NCBI RefSeq assembly: GCF_021028975.2
Contig: NC_059426.1
Coordinates: forward strand, 146,754,001 to 146,818,000
DNA length: 64,000 nt
DNA from: Sphaerodactylus townsendi
Taxonomy: Eukaryota
Reading direction: 5' to 3'
The first letter of the stretch is position 1, and every line of letters begins with the position of its first letter. The notes below the pieces were generated by a model. The model was not told the origin of the DNA and did not search any database. It saw nothing but the letters and a program-made list of their open reading frames with translations. Shown here piece by piece: positions 25,989 to 38,999 of this stretch. The position numbers were made by a program, and so were the translations under genes.

Positions 25989-26086
25989 ATTTGTAATTGC
26001 TTCTGCCCGCAATTTCACTTTATTTGCGCCCTTTCATGGTACTGGCCCAGCATCTGGTCCACCTGCCTTAGGTTCCGGTTGGTATC
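25989..26086 (-). CDS. CEP128: CEP128 coding exon 2, disrupted as sequenced (98 nt instead of 87; TGA at 26017-26015)
   Basis: aaAG|GAT ACC AAC... reads DTNRNLRQVDQMLGQYHE (human DTSRNLRQVDQMLGRYRE), then RAQIK-stop. The homologous end RAEAITN (human QAGAIEH) lies in another frame before the donor AAT|GTGAGC. Confidence 0.85.
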
Positions 26087-26156
26087 CTTTAGGTAGATAT
26101 TGAGAGTAAACATCATTAAGATTGAAAACCAAGCACCAAATACCACCTAGCTTCTT

Positions 26157-26315
26157 AAGAACATAAGAACAAGCCTGCTGGATCAGACCAGAGTCCATCT
26201 AGTCCAGCACTCTGCTACTCACAGTGGCCCCCAGGTACCTTTGGGAGCTCACATGCAGGATGCGAAAGCAATGGCCTTCTGCTGCTGCTGCTCCTGAGCA
26301 CCTGGTCTGCTAAGT
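26157..26315 (-). mobile_element. CR1 3' end, same subfamily as 15359-16694
   Basis: Reverse complement of about 16535-16694 with an AAGAACATAAGAAC tail; lies about 70 bp upstream of the CEP128 exon-2 acceptor. Confidence 0.8.
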
Positions 26316-26392
26316 CATTTTTAGAAGCTCTTAGAATTCTTAGAAGTTCTGCCACTCCTAGGACTTTGCTCAATGCAAAATAAAACAACTTA

Positions 26393-26645
26393 CCCTGTTT
26401 CTCCTAAAATAAGACATCCCCTGAAAATAAGACGTAGTAGAGGTTTTGCTGAAGTGCTAAATATAAAGCATTCCCTGAAAGTAAGACGTAGCAATGTTTT
26501 TGTTTGGAAGTATACCCTTTGAACAGAACACCAGAGGATGCAGCTGTGGAGCGGAAAAATAAGGCATCCCCTGGAAATAAGACATAGCGCATCTTTGGGA
26601 GCAAAAATTAGTATAAGACACTGTCTTATTTTCGGGGAAACACGG
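26393..26645. mobile_element. Tc1/mariner (Tc2-like) MITE
   Basis: TA flanks; terminal inverted repeats CCCTGTTTCTCCTAAAATAAGACA / TGTCTTATTTTCGGGGAAACACGG; internal AAATAAG subrepeats. Confidence 0.75.
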
Positions 26646-27805
26646 TAGCATTCAGTTTTTGAATGCCCACCAATCTCTAGAACTAGAGATACTTTTAAAG
26701 ATTTGTATAATAGCTTTAAAGAATGGCATTATTATATGTGCTATTATCTTCAATTGCTTTCATAATAATAATTTACCTTTTTGGTAATAACACCTAATCA
26801 TCACAATAATATCTTGACTCCAAGCCCAAAATCTTTCCTAAGTCTCACAGCCAATTTCGAATACATTAGTGCAGATACAGAATTAGGGATTTGGCTCCAA
26901 ACAGGATCAGTCTTTTCTTTTTGCTCAGTTGCTCAATTTGGAGGGTCCTGAGCATGAATCATATGTTATCATCTGAATCGTATGTTATCATCCACAAACT
27001 TTATAAAAGTCACCATTTGCCTTGATTGCAAATTATTTAGGAATATTAAAATACTAGTCCCAAACAGAAACCTGTTCTTATGTTCTGACATTGATAAAAA
27101 TTGTTCATGTTATCCATAATTTGTGCTTGCTCTGTTTTTTATTAGTTACAGGGTCACAATGTGATACTCTTGCTTTTTGAAAAAGTCCAAATAGTACTAT
27201 GATCAACTATCTACAGACATTCCACTTTCCAACAACGAAATTCTTTCTTGATTGTGATTTCATTTCAAATGCATGGCAAAAGCACTGTGTTGAAAGAAAG
27301 GCAGGACTGCAGCTGAAATAAATAAAATTCACCCAGGATATGGTATGTTTATGACATCTGTCATTGCCTTACCTATCCTGCCTTTATCTGGCACATTTAC
27401 CCTGCTTTTGAGTACAGCAATTTGTTCTACAATTTTTGCATGTAAAAATAGAGAGAAATGCTTGCTTGTGACCAAGATTGCACTAACCATAACCCAAATC
27501 TTATGTCCTCTTTTTTACATAGATTTGCTGCTGTCCTTAATAGGACTTGTATTCATATAAGCTGCCTTCAGATTGCAGCCCAAATGGATTATTTTATATC
27601 AGATGCACTTTGCATTCAAACTGTCAGCAACAGGCACAGTACTTGCACTGTTTTGCCCTGAAATATACTTGATACCTTTGTAAGCCACAAGCAATTTTTC
27701 TCCTGGACATACAACAGCACAAGCAATTCTACTTCTTCACCAGATTGAACAGTAGCCCCTGCTTTGACTTGTGCACGATGCATGAAACGTGTCGCATGTA
27801 ATAAC

Positions 27806-27952
27806 CTGTAAAGTGCTTGCTAGTGTATGGATTTTCTCGGTTACATCTTCAGTGCCACGAATTCGGATTCTACTGCTGCACTGTGCTCTTACAGGACAGC
27901 GCCTCCCAACTCTACGATGGAAGGTGTCTGATTCACTGGACGAATCTGCCAT
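27806..27952 (-). CDS. CEP128: CEP128 first coding exon (147 nt, MADSSSESDTFHRRVG...TEKIHTLASTLQ)
   Basis: Matches the recalled human CEP128 N-terminus (MAESSSESDHF...VTEKVNTITSTLQ). Acceptor ttacctcttcAG puts the exon start at 27958; donor CAG|GTTATT at 27806/27805; phase 0. Confidence 0.95.
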
Positions 27953-30900
27953 TGGGATCTGAAGAGGTAAAAATTAATAATCCTTGAAGCATGAAATGTT
28001 ACACTTTATCAAATTCTAGAGTATCACCACACTGTAGCATCACACTAAGAAACAAAACCTGGGACAGGGATATGCTGATAGGTAGCCTCTGATTATCAAG
28101 CCAATTCCTGAGTTCTATGAAGCCAAGTAAACCAGGAATAGCTCAAGTCACTGATGAGAAGGAACAAAATCTAATGTTCAACAAATATACAACACAGGTT
28201 GTCTGTCTTCATGCACACAAAAACGCCCAACACTAAGACAACAGACATTTTCTTCGAACCTCAGAATACCCAGTCATACACACATTACATGCAGTAGTAA
28301 ATGAACAATAACTACAAAATACTTCCCACACACATAACTGAACAAGGCTTGAAAAAGACAAGAACATGAAGGATCAAGATGAATACACCAAATCACAGAG
28401 GTGGTGTTATGATCAAACAAGTTATAGTAGACTGAAAACTGTAAACGAAGGAACAAATGTTCTCTGATCCTATACAATCCATTGCCAGAAGGAATATTTA
28501 CACAGAAATGTTTGAATGAGCGGCCAAAAAACTCTATCCTCACAGCAACTGCAAGATTACTTACCTCCTCGCCTCCTTTGATGTTCTGCTGCTGCAAAAA
28601 TTAGACTTTAAAAAATCCTGCTCCACTATTCCGCTATTACTCCTCAACTACTTTGGAAATTATTCAAATATAAAACGGTGTTTGCTTTTAAAGAGCACCA
28701 CAATCCTAGGGCATTATTTCTTCAAAACGCGTTATTTTCATGTCATTTCCTTAACATCTAAGTGGGTGTGTTTTCAGGTCAGTTGCCTTATGGAGACAAG
28801 GTTAATCTAACTCTACTTTTGAGAGTTATCTCTTAGCCTTCCAAAATTCTTAACAGAGCCAATAACATCAAATCAAAATGGTACGACTCGACTGAGACAG
28901 CTGACTACAGTTCACATAGTACTTGTTTCTCCTGCTATTGAGTCAACATCCCATTCTTACTTCTCAGGGCACGCAGATGCTTCGGCTACTAACAACACCC
29001 TATGAGAGACAAGTGGAACAGAACTACAGAGGGGTGTTTGCTCCCATGCTGCATCAACTGCTGCTCACATTCAAGGACAGGGGCAAACCCATTCCTAGCT
29101 GTGCCCCTAATACCGTAATCCTAAAAAGAGTTACGCCCACTTTTTAAGCCCTTTGACTTCAGTAGATTTAGAAGGGTACAACACAGCATGGCTAAGAGTG
29201 GCAGACTCTAACCTGGAGAACTAGGTTCAATTCCCTACTCCTCCACCTGCTAGGTGATCTTGGGCCGGTCAGTTCTCTCAGAACTCTCAGCCAACACAGA
29301 AGCAAGCAATGGCAGACCCTCTCTGAACCTCTCTTGCCCTGAAAAGCCTGTAGGGTCACCATAAATTAGCTGTGACTTGATGGCAAACACATACATACAA
29401 AACCCAGTTTAGGATTGCACTATGAACTCCATTCACACCTTTAAGCACCAACACAGGTGTTACATTTTCCGCCAGCTTGTCTTTTTGCAGTATTGATTCA
29501 GAAAGCCACTGAACTGTTTTTCAGACAGTGGACAACTGCTGTTTCATCTCAAGTACTCTGGAGTTAGCCTGGCCCCGAAATATACTTGATACGTTTGTAA
29601 GCCACAAGTAATATTTCTCCCAGACATACTACAGCACAAGCAGTTCTATCTCTTCACCAGATGCATTTTGCATTCATCATCTGTATACATACAATCATCA
29701 CCTCCAGGCTGTTCTACATGCAGGGGAAGGGGAGGGAGGGCGGGGTGGCATGCAAGGGAGGGGAGGGAGGAGAAGGGGTCTGGCATCTGGACATGACCCC
29801 TAACAAAGCTAGAAATAAGTGTTTTGTTATGTCTTTGTACATTCCAAATGCTGCTCTAGATTTTGCAGATAGCTCCTAGTTAAGCCTAATAGCATTTGGT
29901 TGGGGTGTTTTCATTAACACAACAGTGGAAGCCACTGATCCACTGCTTGATACCATGTGGCAGAGGTGGCTGTGAAGCAATTATAATGAGAACCAGGCAA
30001 TAAATATATTGGAGTGTTACAGGTTCAATTTGATTTTTTTTGCTTAATTCTAAACTTAACCAACTGATTTGCCGTACTAGTCTACATGACACATAAAACA
30101 CCTCATAGTGTAAGAATATTAAGAAACACACACACACCCAAAGTATACTTCTTTGCTGGAACAGCAAACCTTGGAACTGGGCCATATCTTCAAGCTTCTA
30201 AAAACAACTATTTTTAGGAGCATCTCTGAAAATAAGAGAAGGCCTGAGTGTTACCAAGAAAAATGAAATAAAAGGGGGAGGATGTAGCTGGCTGAATAGA
30301 CTAATTCATTCCAAAATAAGAGTTTTCTAGTTATACAATCCTGAAGCAACAGAGTTTCTCTTTCATTTACCTAAACAAGTTGCAAACACAGTTACAGCCA
30401 CATTTTTGCAGAAACTAGAGAGGCATCTTAAGAAGGTTAGACATTTTCCCTTCACCATCTAGGTCAGAGTACATTAATCAAGTCTATTCGATGACTCCTC
30501 AGAAAGCTAATAACCAACACTGCTCTTCCAAAAAAGTCATTACTCAAATAGTAAATATCTGATGCAAGCAGAATCTTAAATATAACAAGAGAAATTGTTC
30601 ATAATGCAAAATACATTCCAAAGCATAAGACCTAAAAGCTTATTCCGGAGTGGGGGGGCGGGGGGAGAGGTGTGTGCAACATTTTATCATTTTATATGCC
30701 TCTAAGTATGTTGAATCAATTCTTTTCTCCCCTATAGAGAAAAGCCTTTTGTCAAAAACTGACATTTCCCGCCCCCCACCCCTTTACCTGTTCATGCCCC
30801 AACTAGATTCAAGACAAAAGGATCATCATTTGAACTTTCGATTTTTAAGGGATACCTTCCACACCACCTTCCCAGCAGAGGAACTCCTGTACATCTAGCA

Positions 30901-33729
30901 TGGAATCTCTAAACATTACAAAAGGACTCTGGGACATGCTTTAAGGCATTCACTCAGTTAACATGTGGCCCCATCTGTTCTGCCTCTTTATCAATCCAGG
31001 CATGCCAAAAATCTGGAACACATCCATGCACTTGTATATTGCAGGGGGAAAATCAGGTGAGCACTAACTTGCAAGGAAACTTTTCTGTCATTACCTCCAG
31101 TAAGCTTCTTCAAGGGTACAGTTTGGAAAAACACTGCTCTAAATAAACATAGGAAGAACGGTTTTGCAACAGTGAAAGGGGATGTGGGAAGCCACAATTT
31201 GAGCCTGCAAGGGACAGGAAAAGGAAGCTGAGTCAAACAGACATCTCGGTCAGGCATTTTTAACTGCACTGCATCAATCCTAAGAAATGCAACAGAATGT
31301 AGCTATTAGGAAATTAAGGGGCAGGGGAAAGAGAGAGTCTCAAAACATGGCAGCCCTATGATTTGATGCAGTGACAAATAAAACAAGGACAAATAAATCA
31401 GGAATACTACACCCAGTCACTTGCTCAATAGCACTCCATTTCAGCCACACCAGGGCATACTGTAACAACTTGCATCATGTCACAGGAGCAACAGCTATTC
31501 AAAGGCTACCTGATTGGAATGGTCAGTTGAGCCTCTCCATCGCCTCACTTGGCTACACAACAAAGGCCTGATTTAAATACAGCATTGGCAACGCAAAAGA
31601 ACTACATACTTTGAAACTCACATAATGTCTTATTTTCACTGTTGTGTGCACACACTTAATTAGCATGCCACAGGTCCATAGACCAGGCATACCGACAGGT
31701 GAGTTAAGCATGTGCTGCCACATGGCACAGGTAGCAACCCAAAGAAGGCCCTGTGCAAGTAACACAGTCCCATGAAATAGCTGTTTTGCCTTGCCTAAGT
31801 TGTATTCAAATCAGGCCTCCACTGTGACCTCTGGAGCAGTAAAAGATTTTGGAGTGCTGAAGAAAGCACAATATCCCTTGCTAACCACCTGGAGGCTGAA
31901 AAAATTGTGGCTTAGTTGTTAAACTGGTTGCAATTAAATCTTATCAACTGCCTCAGAATGTAAAGCAGCATTTCTCAAGTAAGGCTACCAAGAAGTATCT
32001 ATACAGCCACAGAAGGAGAAGGAAAAAGGCATGGTGAAACAATCTGGAAACCATAAATAGCCTTTCTCACAACCAGAAATGTCTAACACTAGACCTCTGC
32101 TACACCACTGCACTGGTCTAGCTTATTAATTCTTTTCTGATCACCATGCTTCACTAAATGTTAAAATATGGTACTTCTTTTTACATGTAGGTAACCAGCA
32201 GGGTCTGGTTCCAAAACAGGCAACATTACTTCATCTTTCTTCCTTAATTTTTTTTTTGGGGGGGGAGGGGGGCTTTCCTCTCAAAATAGAACAGCACTGT
32301 TTCAAACCCTAACACTCTAGACGTATTTGCACTGCAAGCTTATATAGCCTGGCACATGAAATGTCATGGCTAGCCCCAAAGAATTGGTGGTAGCGCAGAA
32401 TGGCATATAAATCTCCATTTGAAGAGGTTACACAGTTGATAAGTGGAAGGGGGCATCTGAACAATCAGACAGATGTATTGTCAAAGGCTTTCACGGCCGG
32501 ATTCAACTGGCTCTGGTGGGTTTTCTGGGCCACACAGCCCGGAAAACTCACCAGAACCAATCAGACAGATGGCTAGCATTAAAAAAAGAGTCTTGCAACA
32601 ATTCAGATCCGCACAAACTTATCAAAGCTGGAGCCCACTTCCATCAGTAACACTGCTGAGGCAATACTATTTCACTGGCAATCATTACTCTGTAATCACA
32701 ACTCAGTATTATCATAATAGGGGCCCTGCTAAATCAGACTAGCGGTCTACCTGGTCCAGTACCCTATTTCACATAGAGGCCAACAGCTGCCTGCTTCACA
32801 CCTGGAGAGCCAACACCTCCCCTGGCACTGCCACCTAGACGTTTACTGCTTCTGGGTTTGGAGGTTGCATTTAGTCCTCCAAACTATCAGGCATTTTCAT
32901 GCAGTTATGGTTTCAACTTTACTTTAAAAAGCCACCTTCACATGACATTATAAACCTGCCATCTCATTTAGATTTTTACGCATATGCTGCTCAACCACTA
33001 TACTGCCAAACACTTCTGGGTAGGAAATAAGTATTTTCATCTAAGCCCCGTTGCTTCAGCAGTCTCCTGGAAAGCCAGATCAAAGAAAACGTCATCTCAA
33101 GTGGTTGAATCTTGTTCCCGAAAACTAAGGAACAGTAAAGTTACAATCCTAAAGAAACTCATTTCCGACTAAACTTATTTTACTTGCGCTGCTGTCAACG
33201 GACCTTACTCCCCAGCAAGTACACACAGGATTGCAGCCTTCCCCAGACAGAAGTCCTATTAACATTAACAGTAAGTTACTGCTCGTTATAGGAGACGGGA
33301 AAGCAATTCTAAACAAAGTGTATGCAGAATCCTCCTCGGGTCTGTTCAGTGGGGCTTGGTCGCTGGACAGCGTTTTTAGGGTTATAGAGAAAGAGCCATA
33401 CATACTCTATAGGCAAAGGTGATATTTGCAATACCAGGAGTGGTGGAGAAAAGTATGCAACATCAGTAGTACTAACAATAAGATTCTCCTTTTTAAAAGT
33501 ATCCAACAACCGCCTGCAACACCAACTGGTTGCATCTAGATTCGAATCTAACTTTATCACCAACTTAATTGAACACACTAGTCCTTAATGCAACCATCCC
33601 CAACCCCGTGCCCTCAAACCACAAAGGGCACTCGCAATTCACACGATCACATTCTCCCCATGCAGGCCCAGCAATTCTACCGTGGCAACCACTATCCCTT
33701 CTCACCTCTTACACCCAAATCATGCTCCA

Positions 33730-34085
33730 CCAACGCCTCCAGCACCAACTGTCCGGCACCGAGCCAGCTCCCTAGTCACCCCGCCGCTATGGCAACTTGA
33801 ACTAGCCGCCCTGCCTCTGAGACAGAGCGGCCTCACCGGCGCCAGGAGCTCCTGACGCACAGCATCATGGGAGTCGTAGTTCGCAATGCCCAAAGCCACT
33901 TTTCCTCCAAAGGGAGCTGAGACTACAACTTCCAGGATGTATCGCGACAACAGCTCCGCGAACTGCCCGAAGCGCCGCACGCCCGCGCCCTAAGGAACAG
34001 TATTAAAGCAATACGGTAGTCCTGGAAGCTAGGCCGCGCCCACTTTTAAAAGGCGCGTCCTTGCAATAGCGCCACCTTGCGGGAA
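33730..34085 (-). promoter_or_regulatory. CEP128: CpG-island promoter and non-coding first exon of CEP128
   Basis: CpG-rich, non-repetitive island upstream of the ATG exon. Minus-strand donor CCG|GTGAGG at 33837/33836. Two ZNF143/THAP11-type motifs: ACTACGACTCCCATGATGC (minus, 33862-33880) and ACTACAACTTCCAGGATG (33922-33939). RFX-like GGCAAC half-sites at 33675-33689 and 33783-33796. Confidence 0.8.
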
Positions 34086-34175
34086 GAAAATGTCCAATAT
34101 CTCATCTGTGAAAAGCTATAGTGATTCTTTAGCTAAGAATCCGATGAATCAATATTTACTAACGATATGCTACAT

Positions 34176-35275
34176 CAGAGGTATCAAATTCAATTGCACA
34201 GGGGGCCAAAACTCAAAGCACACTTTAGGTTGGGGGCCGAACAGGATAACCATTTATTGCCAGGTATGCAAACCCCCTCTGCCTGGGTTTGAATGCCAGG
34301 TGCAACCGGCTCTTGTGAGCCGGCAGCACTGGGAAGGTTGCCGCCGACGCCCCCTCTCTGCCCAATGAAGCAAGCAGCTGCCTTCTCCATGGGGAAGAGA
34401 GGGTTTGCAAGCCCGGTATTGCCGGCTCATGAGGCGCAAGAGCAGCAGCAGCAGGCACACCACTGCTGCTGTCCCCTCTCTGCCCAATGGAGCAGGTGGC
34501 TCAGCTGCCTTCTCCATGGGGCAGAGAGGGTTTGCATGCCCGGTGTTCCTGGCTCGCGCGGTGCAATAGCAGCAGCAGGCAAGCAAGACCCCTCTCTGCC
34601 CAATGGAGCAGGAAGCTGCCTTCTCCGTGGGGCAGAGAGGGTTTGCAAGCATGGTGTCGCCAGCTTGCGCGGCGCGACAGCAGCAGCACCATGCAGGCTG
34701 CCACCGCCGTCCCCTCTGCTCAACAGAACAGCCGGCTGCCTTCCCCATGTGGCAGAGGGGGTTTGCATACCTGGTGCTGCCGTCCCCGATGCCCAACGGA
34801 GCAGGTGGAACAGCTGCCCTCTCTGTGGGGCAGAGGGTTTGCATGCCTGGCACCGCCGCCCCCTCTGCCCAATGGAGCAGGCAGCAGCAGCACCAGGCAG
34901 GCAAGTCCCCTCTCTGTCCAATGGAGCAGGCAGCTGCCTTCTCTGTGGGGCAGAGAGAGTTTGCAAGCCTGGTGTTGCCAGCTTGTGCGACGCGAGAGTG
35001 GCAGCACCAGGCAGGCCGCCGCCGCCATCCCCTCTGCCCAACAGAGCAGGCGGCTGCCTTCTCCATGGGGCAGAGGGGGTTTGCATGCCTGGTGCTGCCG
35101 GCAGCACCAGGTAGGCCACCACTGCTGTCCCCTCTGCCCAACAGAGCAGGCAGCTGCCTTCTCCATGGGCAGAGGGGGTTTGAATACCTGGCAATAAATG
35201 GTTATCCTGTTCGGCCCCCAACCTAAAGTGTGCTTTGAGTTTTGGCCCCCTGTGCAATTGAATTTGACACCCCTG
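34176..35275. mobile_element. hAT-type element with ~105-bp terminal inverted repeats and an internal GC-rich minisatellite
   Basis: 34176 to ~34283 is the near-exact reverse complement of ~35168-35275. The interior repeats variants of CCCCTCTGCCCAATGGAGCAGGCAGCTGCCTTCTCCATGGGGCAGAGAGGGTTTGCATGCCTGG. Confidence 0.85.
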
Positions 35276-36107
35276 AATTAAACTGTTCTTTGACTAAGAC
35301 TACTCTATGATTGCAAAATCTCCATGTGGGGGCTGGAGAACTCTCAGAATTACAACTGATCTCCAATTAGATTTGAGTTCAGAAGCACCTTAGAGACCAA
35401 AACGTTTTTCAGGGTATAAGCTATTGAGAGGAATAGGGATCCAAGTCTTTTCATCCCAGTCAGAAAGTGGGAAGAGTGTATTCCTATGGGGGGGATTGTC
35501 AGGAGGATTGTATCTATTCTAGTGATTGAGATGCATTCCTAACCCAAAGTAACTGCTACAAAAATATATGTAACTACCTCACTACAAGATATATGTAACC
35601 AGCCTGCTATATGTTATCCCTGCTATTTTGGGACATTCTTTCCTTGATCTTTGCTTTATGGCTTCTCATGCTTCGTAGATAACTAGGCTTTCCCCTGACA
35701 CTTTAGCCTCATGGGAAACGGGATTGTTTCCGTTGTCCTGTGCGGGTAGGGTGCCAGGTGGCCCTATCTCTATTGCCAACCTTGGGGTGCCTCTGCTCCA
35801 AACTATCTATTTCTCACATTTCTTGTGAAAAAGGGAGGAGGGAACAACAATGTAATAAAGAGGGTAGCAAAAGTCAGGTTTTCCAGAACTGTTTTTGCCA
35901 AGCTGGGTGTTTTCAATTCTGACCAATAAACACTGCTGGTCCATTTGTTGCTTCAAGGTTTGAGACCTGATGAAGGGAATTTTGACTGTCCAAAGCTTAT
36001 ACCCTGAAAAATCTTGTTGGTCTCTAAAGTATTACTGGACTCAAGTCTAACTGTTCTACTGCAGACAAATATGGCTATGCTCTGGACTCCAGATGACAGA
36101 GACAGAG

Positions 36108-36465
36108 TCAACCAACCTCCAGGTTGGGCCTGAAGATTTCCTGGAATAAAAACTGATCTCCAGACTATAGAGATCAGTTCCCCTGGAGAAAATGGTCACT
36201 GAGGAGGTTGGCGTCTATGTCACTGTAGTGTTTTGAGGTCCTTCTCCCACAAACCACCCTTCCCAGGCTCCACCCCCAAAATCTCTGGGAATTTCCAAAT
36301 CTGGAGCTGGCAACCTTAGATTTGTTCTCTTGAGAAAATGGCTGCTGTGGAGGGTGGACTTTATGATATTATAAGACAGCAAGTGCCCTCCCCTTACCAG
36401 ATCTCACCCTCCACAGGATTCATCTCCAAATCTCCTGGCATTTCCCAAATAGCAGTTGGCAACCC
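36108..36465 (+). repeat. Abundant short dispersed repeat with GGTTGCCA / TGGCAACC ends, here partly tandem
   Basis: Copies at about 40920-41116, 47478-47683, 52880-52962 and 35320-35370. Confidence 0.6.
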
Positions 36466-38230
36466 TTTGGAACTCAGAAGTAAATCTCACTGTGCTTGAC
36501 AATGGTTTTTGTAAGACTCTCTGTATAGTGCACACAAATTGCTGCGCACAGTGACAATTTGTGACTTTCTGACCAGGTGGCAATACAATTTTTAAAAAAT
36601 TCCCCACACCTGGATTTGGGCAGCACCTAAATAATGAAATTACACATTACACGTACACAATGAAATTACACACACAGCTTGAGTAATAGGAAAGGCTTCC
36701 ATGTGACAGATCTTAAAAATGACTTCGTAATAAAGCTGAGCTCCAGCACTCACATTTAGGTTGTGCCACTTGGCATACATTCCTGAACACAGCAATGAGC
36801 CTGTGGTATCACCAGACATGCAAGCCCTTGCTTGAATGTGTTGGAGTGTGTTTCGGTCAGTTCCTTAGACTCTCAAGGTAATGTTAGGCAAGCCCCTCTC
36901 TCTGACACACACCAACCTGCAATGTGGATATGATTATTTGTTATATTTATTTATTTTAAGGCTCATGAAATCTAGCCCAGAAATAGCAACCTCTATGGAT
37001 CTCTGTGGATGTTTTCTCTCTGCCTTCGCTTGTATTGGAGGTCCAAGGAACTGAACTTTATGCTATGGCGCTGAAAGACACGCTGGTCTACTGAGCTATT
37101 ATTAGAGGTAATAATCATAAATCATTTCCTCTAATTATTCTATTTTATACATTTTTTTTATTTTGCAACATTTACACCCCACCTTTCTGCCCTCCCAAGG
37201 GCGATCAAGGCCACTGACAAATTAAAACATACACAATAAAATCACATTTTGAAATCATTAACATCAACTGCACTCCAACCCCCCCCCCATATCATTATAA
37301 TCATTATAATCAAAACTAAAATACATACAAAGACAAAAAAACAGTAATTAAAATGGTGGTCAGAAAGGACCAATCACCAAGAAAATGTCAGACAAAGAAA
37401 CAAGTGTCACCTGCTGACAGAAGACAGCAACAGAAGAGATCAGATGAATCTCCCTGGGGAGAGAGTTCCAGAGCATTGGTGCTGCTACCAAGAAGGCCCT
37501 CTCCCAGGTTGCCACCCACCTGTGCTCAGAAGGCAAAGGCGCTTGAAGTAGGGGCCTGGAAACATCTGTAGTGGTCAGTCAGATTCATACAGGAATAGGT
37601 GGTCCTTCAGCTACACCAGTTCCAAACCATGTCAGGCTTTTAAGATCAGCACCAATGCCTTGAATTTCACCCTGAAACAGAGGGAAGCTAGTATAGGTGG
37701 GTCAAGACTGGAGTGATATGGACTCACTCCAGTCAACATCCATCCTGGCTGCAGTGTTAGGTATTAATTGAAGTCAGTTTCTGAACACTTCTCAAGAGTA
37801 GCCCCATGTACAGCATACCTCAGTGATCTAATCTCGATTCTAAACATTGTAATGCAACAACTTTTACAAAACAGTATACATTGCTATGGAGAAGGAACTT
37901 CTCAAAAGATCAAATAGGCTTGTTACAGACATATTTCTGTAGTTTTCCTTTATTAAGAAAATGAAATAGAAGTGGCAGGAGGAAATGAATTTGGATGCAT
38001 TTTGTTTTAGGCTTCCGAAAACTGCTTATGGCCCAATTCACAATCAAGGAGGGTGAAACGGCTTCTGGATGCCTCATGGTTTTTAGAATTATTTATATTT
38101 ATTTCATTAAATAATTATACCCTACTTTTACATTTAGTGAAGGCCTAACACAGATTATAGTATCAATCTCCCATCCTGCAATTTGTGCTCATAATAGCAA
38201 TCTTGTGAGGTAGTTTAGGAAGAGGGAGAG

Positions 38231-38525
38231 AGAAGAAGAAGAGTTTGGATTTATACCCCACCTTTCTCTCCTGTAAGGAGACTCGAGGTGGTTTATAAGC
38301 TCCTTTCTGTTCCTCTCCCCACAACAGACACCTTGTGAGGCAGGTGGGGCTGAGAGAGTTCTGAAGAACTGCGACTAGCTGAAGGTCAGCCAGCAGGAAT
38401 GTAGGAGTGCAGAAACACATCTGGATCACCAGATAAGCCTCTGTCACTCAGGTGGATGAGTGGGGAATCAAACCCTGTTCTCCAGATTAGAATCCACCTG
38501 CTCTTAACCACTACCCCACACTGGC
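38231..38525 (-). mobile_element. Squamate SINE with (GAA)n tail
   Basis: Recurs at about 2127-2310 (-), 4869-5137 (+) and 46054-46285 (-). B-box-like GGTTTGATTCCC and an L2-like 3' end. Confidence 0.75.
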
Positions 38526-38999
38526 TGAAGGTCACCCAGCAAACTTCTATGGCAAAGTGGGGATTTGAACCTGGGTCTCACAGATCTTCGTCCAAGATTC
38601 CAACCACTATACTGTGCTGGCTCTCTACATTCTGCTATGTGGCCGCAAGTGTTATATTATCCAGCCCCCTGCCATAAGTAAAGTTTCTAATAGACCCAAA
38701 ACAGCACCCAAAGGACAGTAATAACAGCTACATAAACTAATGCTGATGAAAATCTGCATCTACTGAAGGGGTTGAGAGGCATGTCTACATGGTTTGTATC
38801 ACACAGCTGCAGTTGATGTCATGCAAGTAGAAATGCGTGCTTCTTAATGCTTCTGAGAAACTTCACCAGAAATGTTCCCCTGTTTCCAAAAGAGTGTTGA
38901 GAATGCAATTTGGACCATGAATGATTTTCCATTAACAGATTTTATCCCAAAAGTGTGCTTTGGATTGCCAGCTTTAAAGTTCCATAGTATTTGAGTCAG

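Noticed and set aside
26015-26026. Programmed -1 frameshift or GUGA stop-restart rescuing CEP128 exon 2
   Set aside because: A -1 shift would restore the frame, but A-ATA-AAG is not a canonical X-XXY-YYZ slippery site and no stimulatory structure is evident. Exon skipping or an assembly error is simpler.
34254-35257. Overlapping 200-295 aa ORFs on both strands
   Set aside because: They arise from a stop-poor GC-rich minisatellite inside a transposon; the peptides are repetitive and have no recognisable domain.
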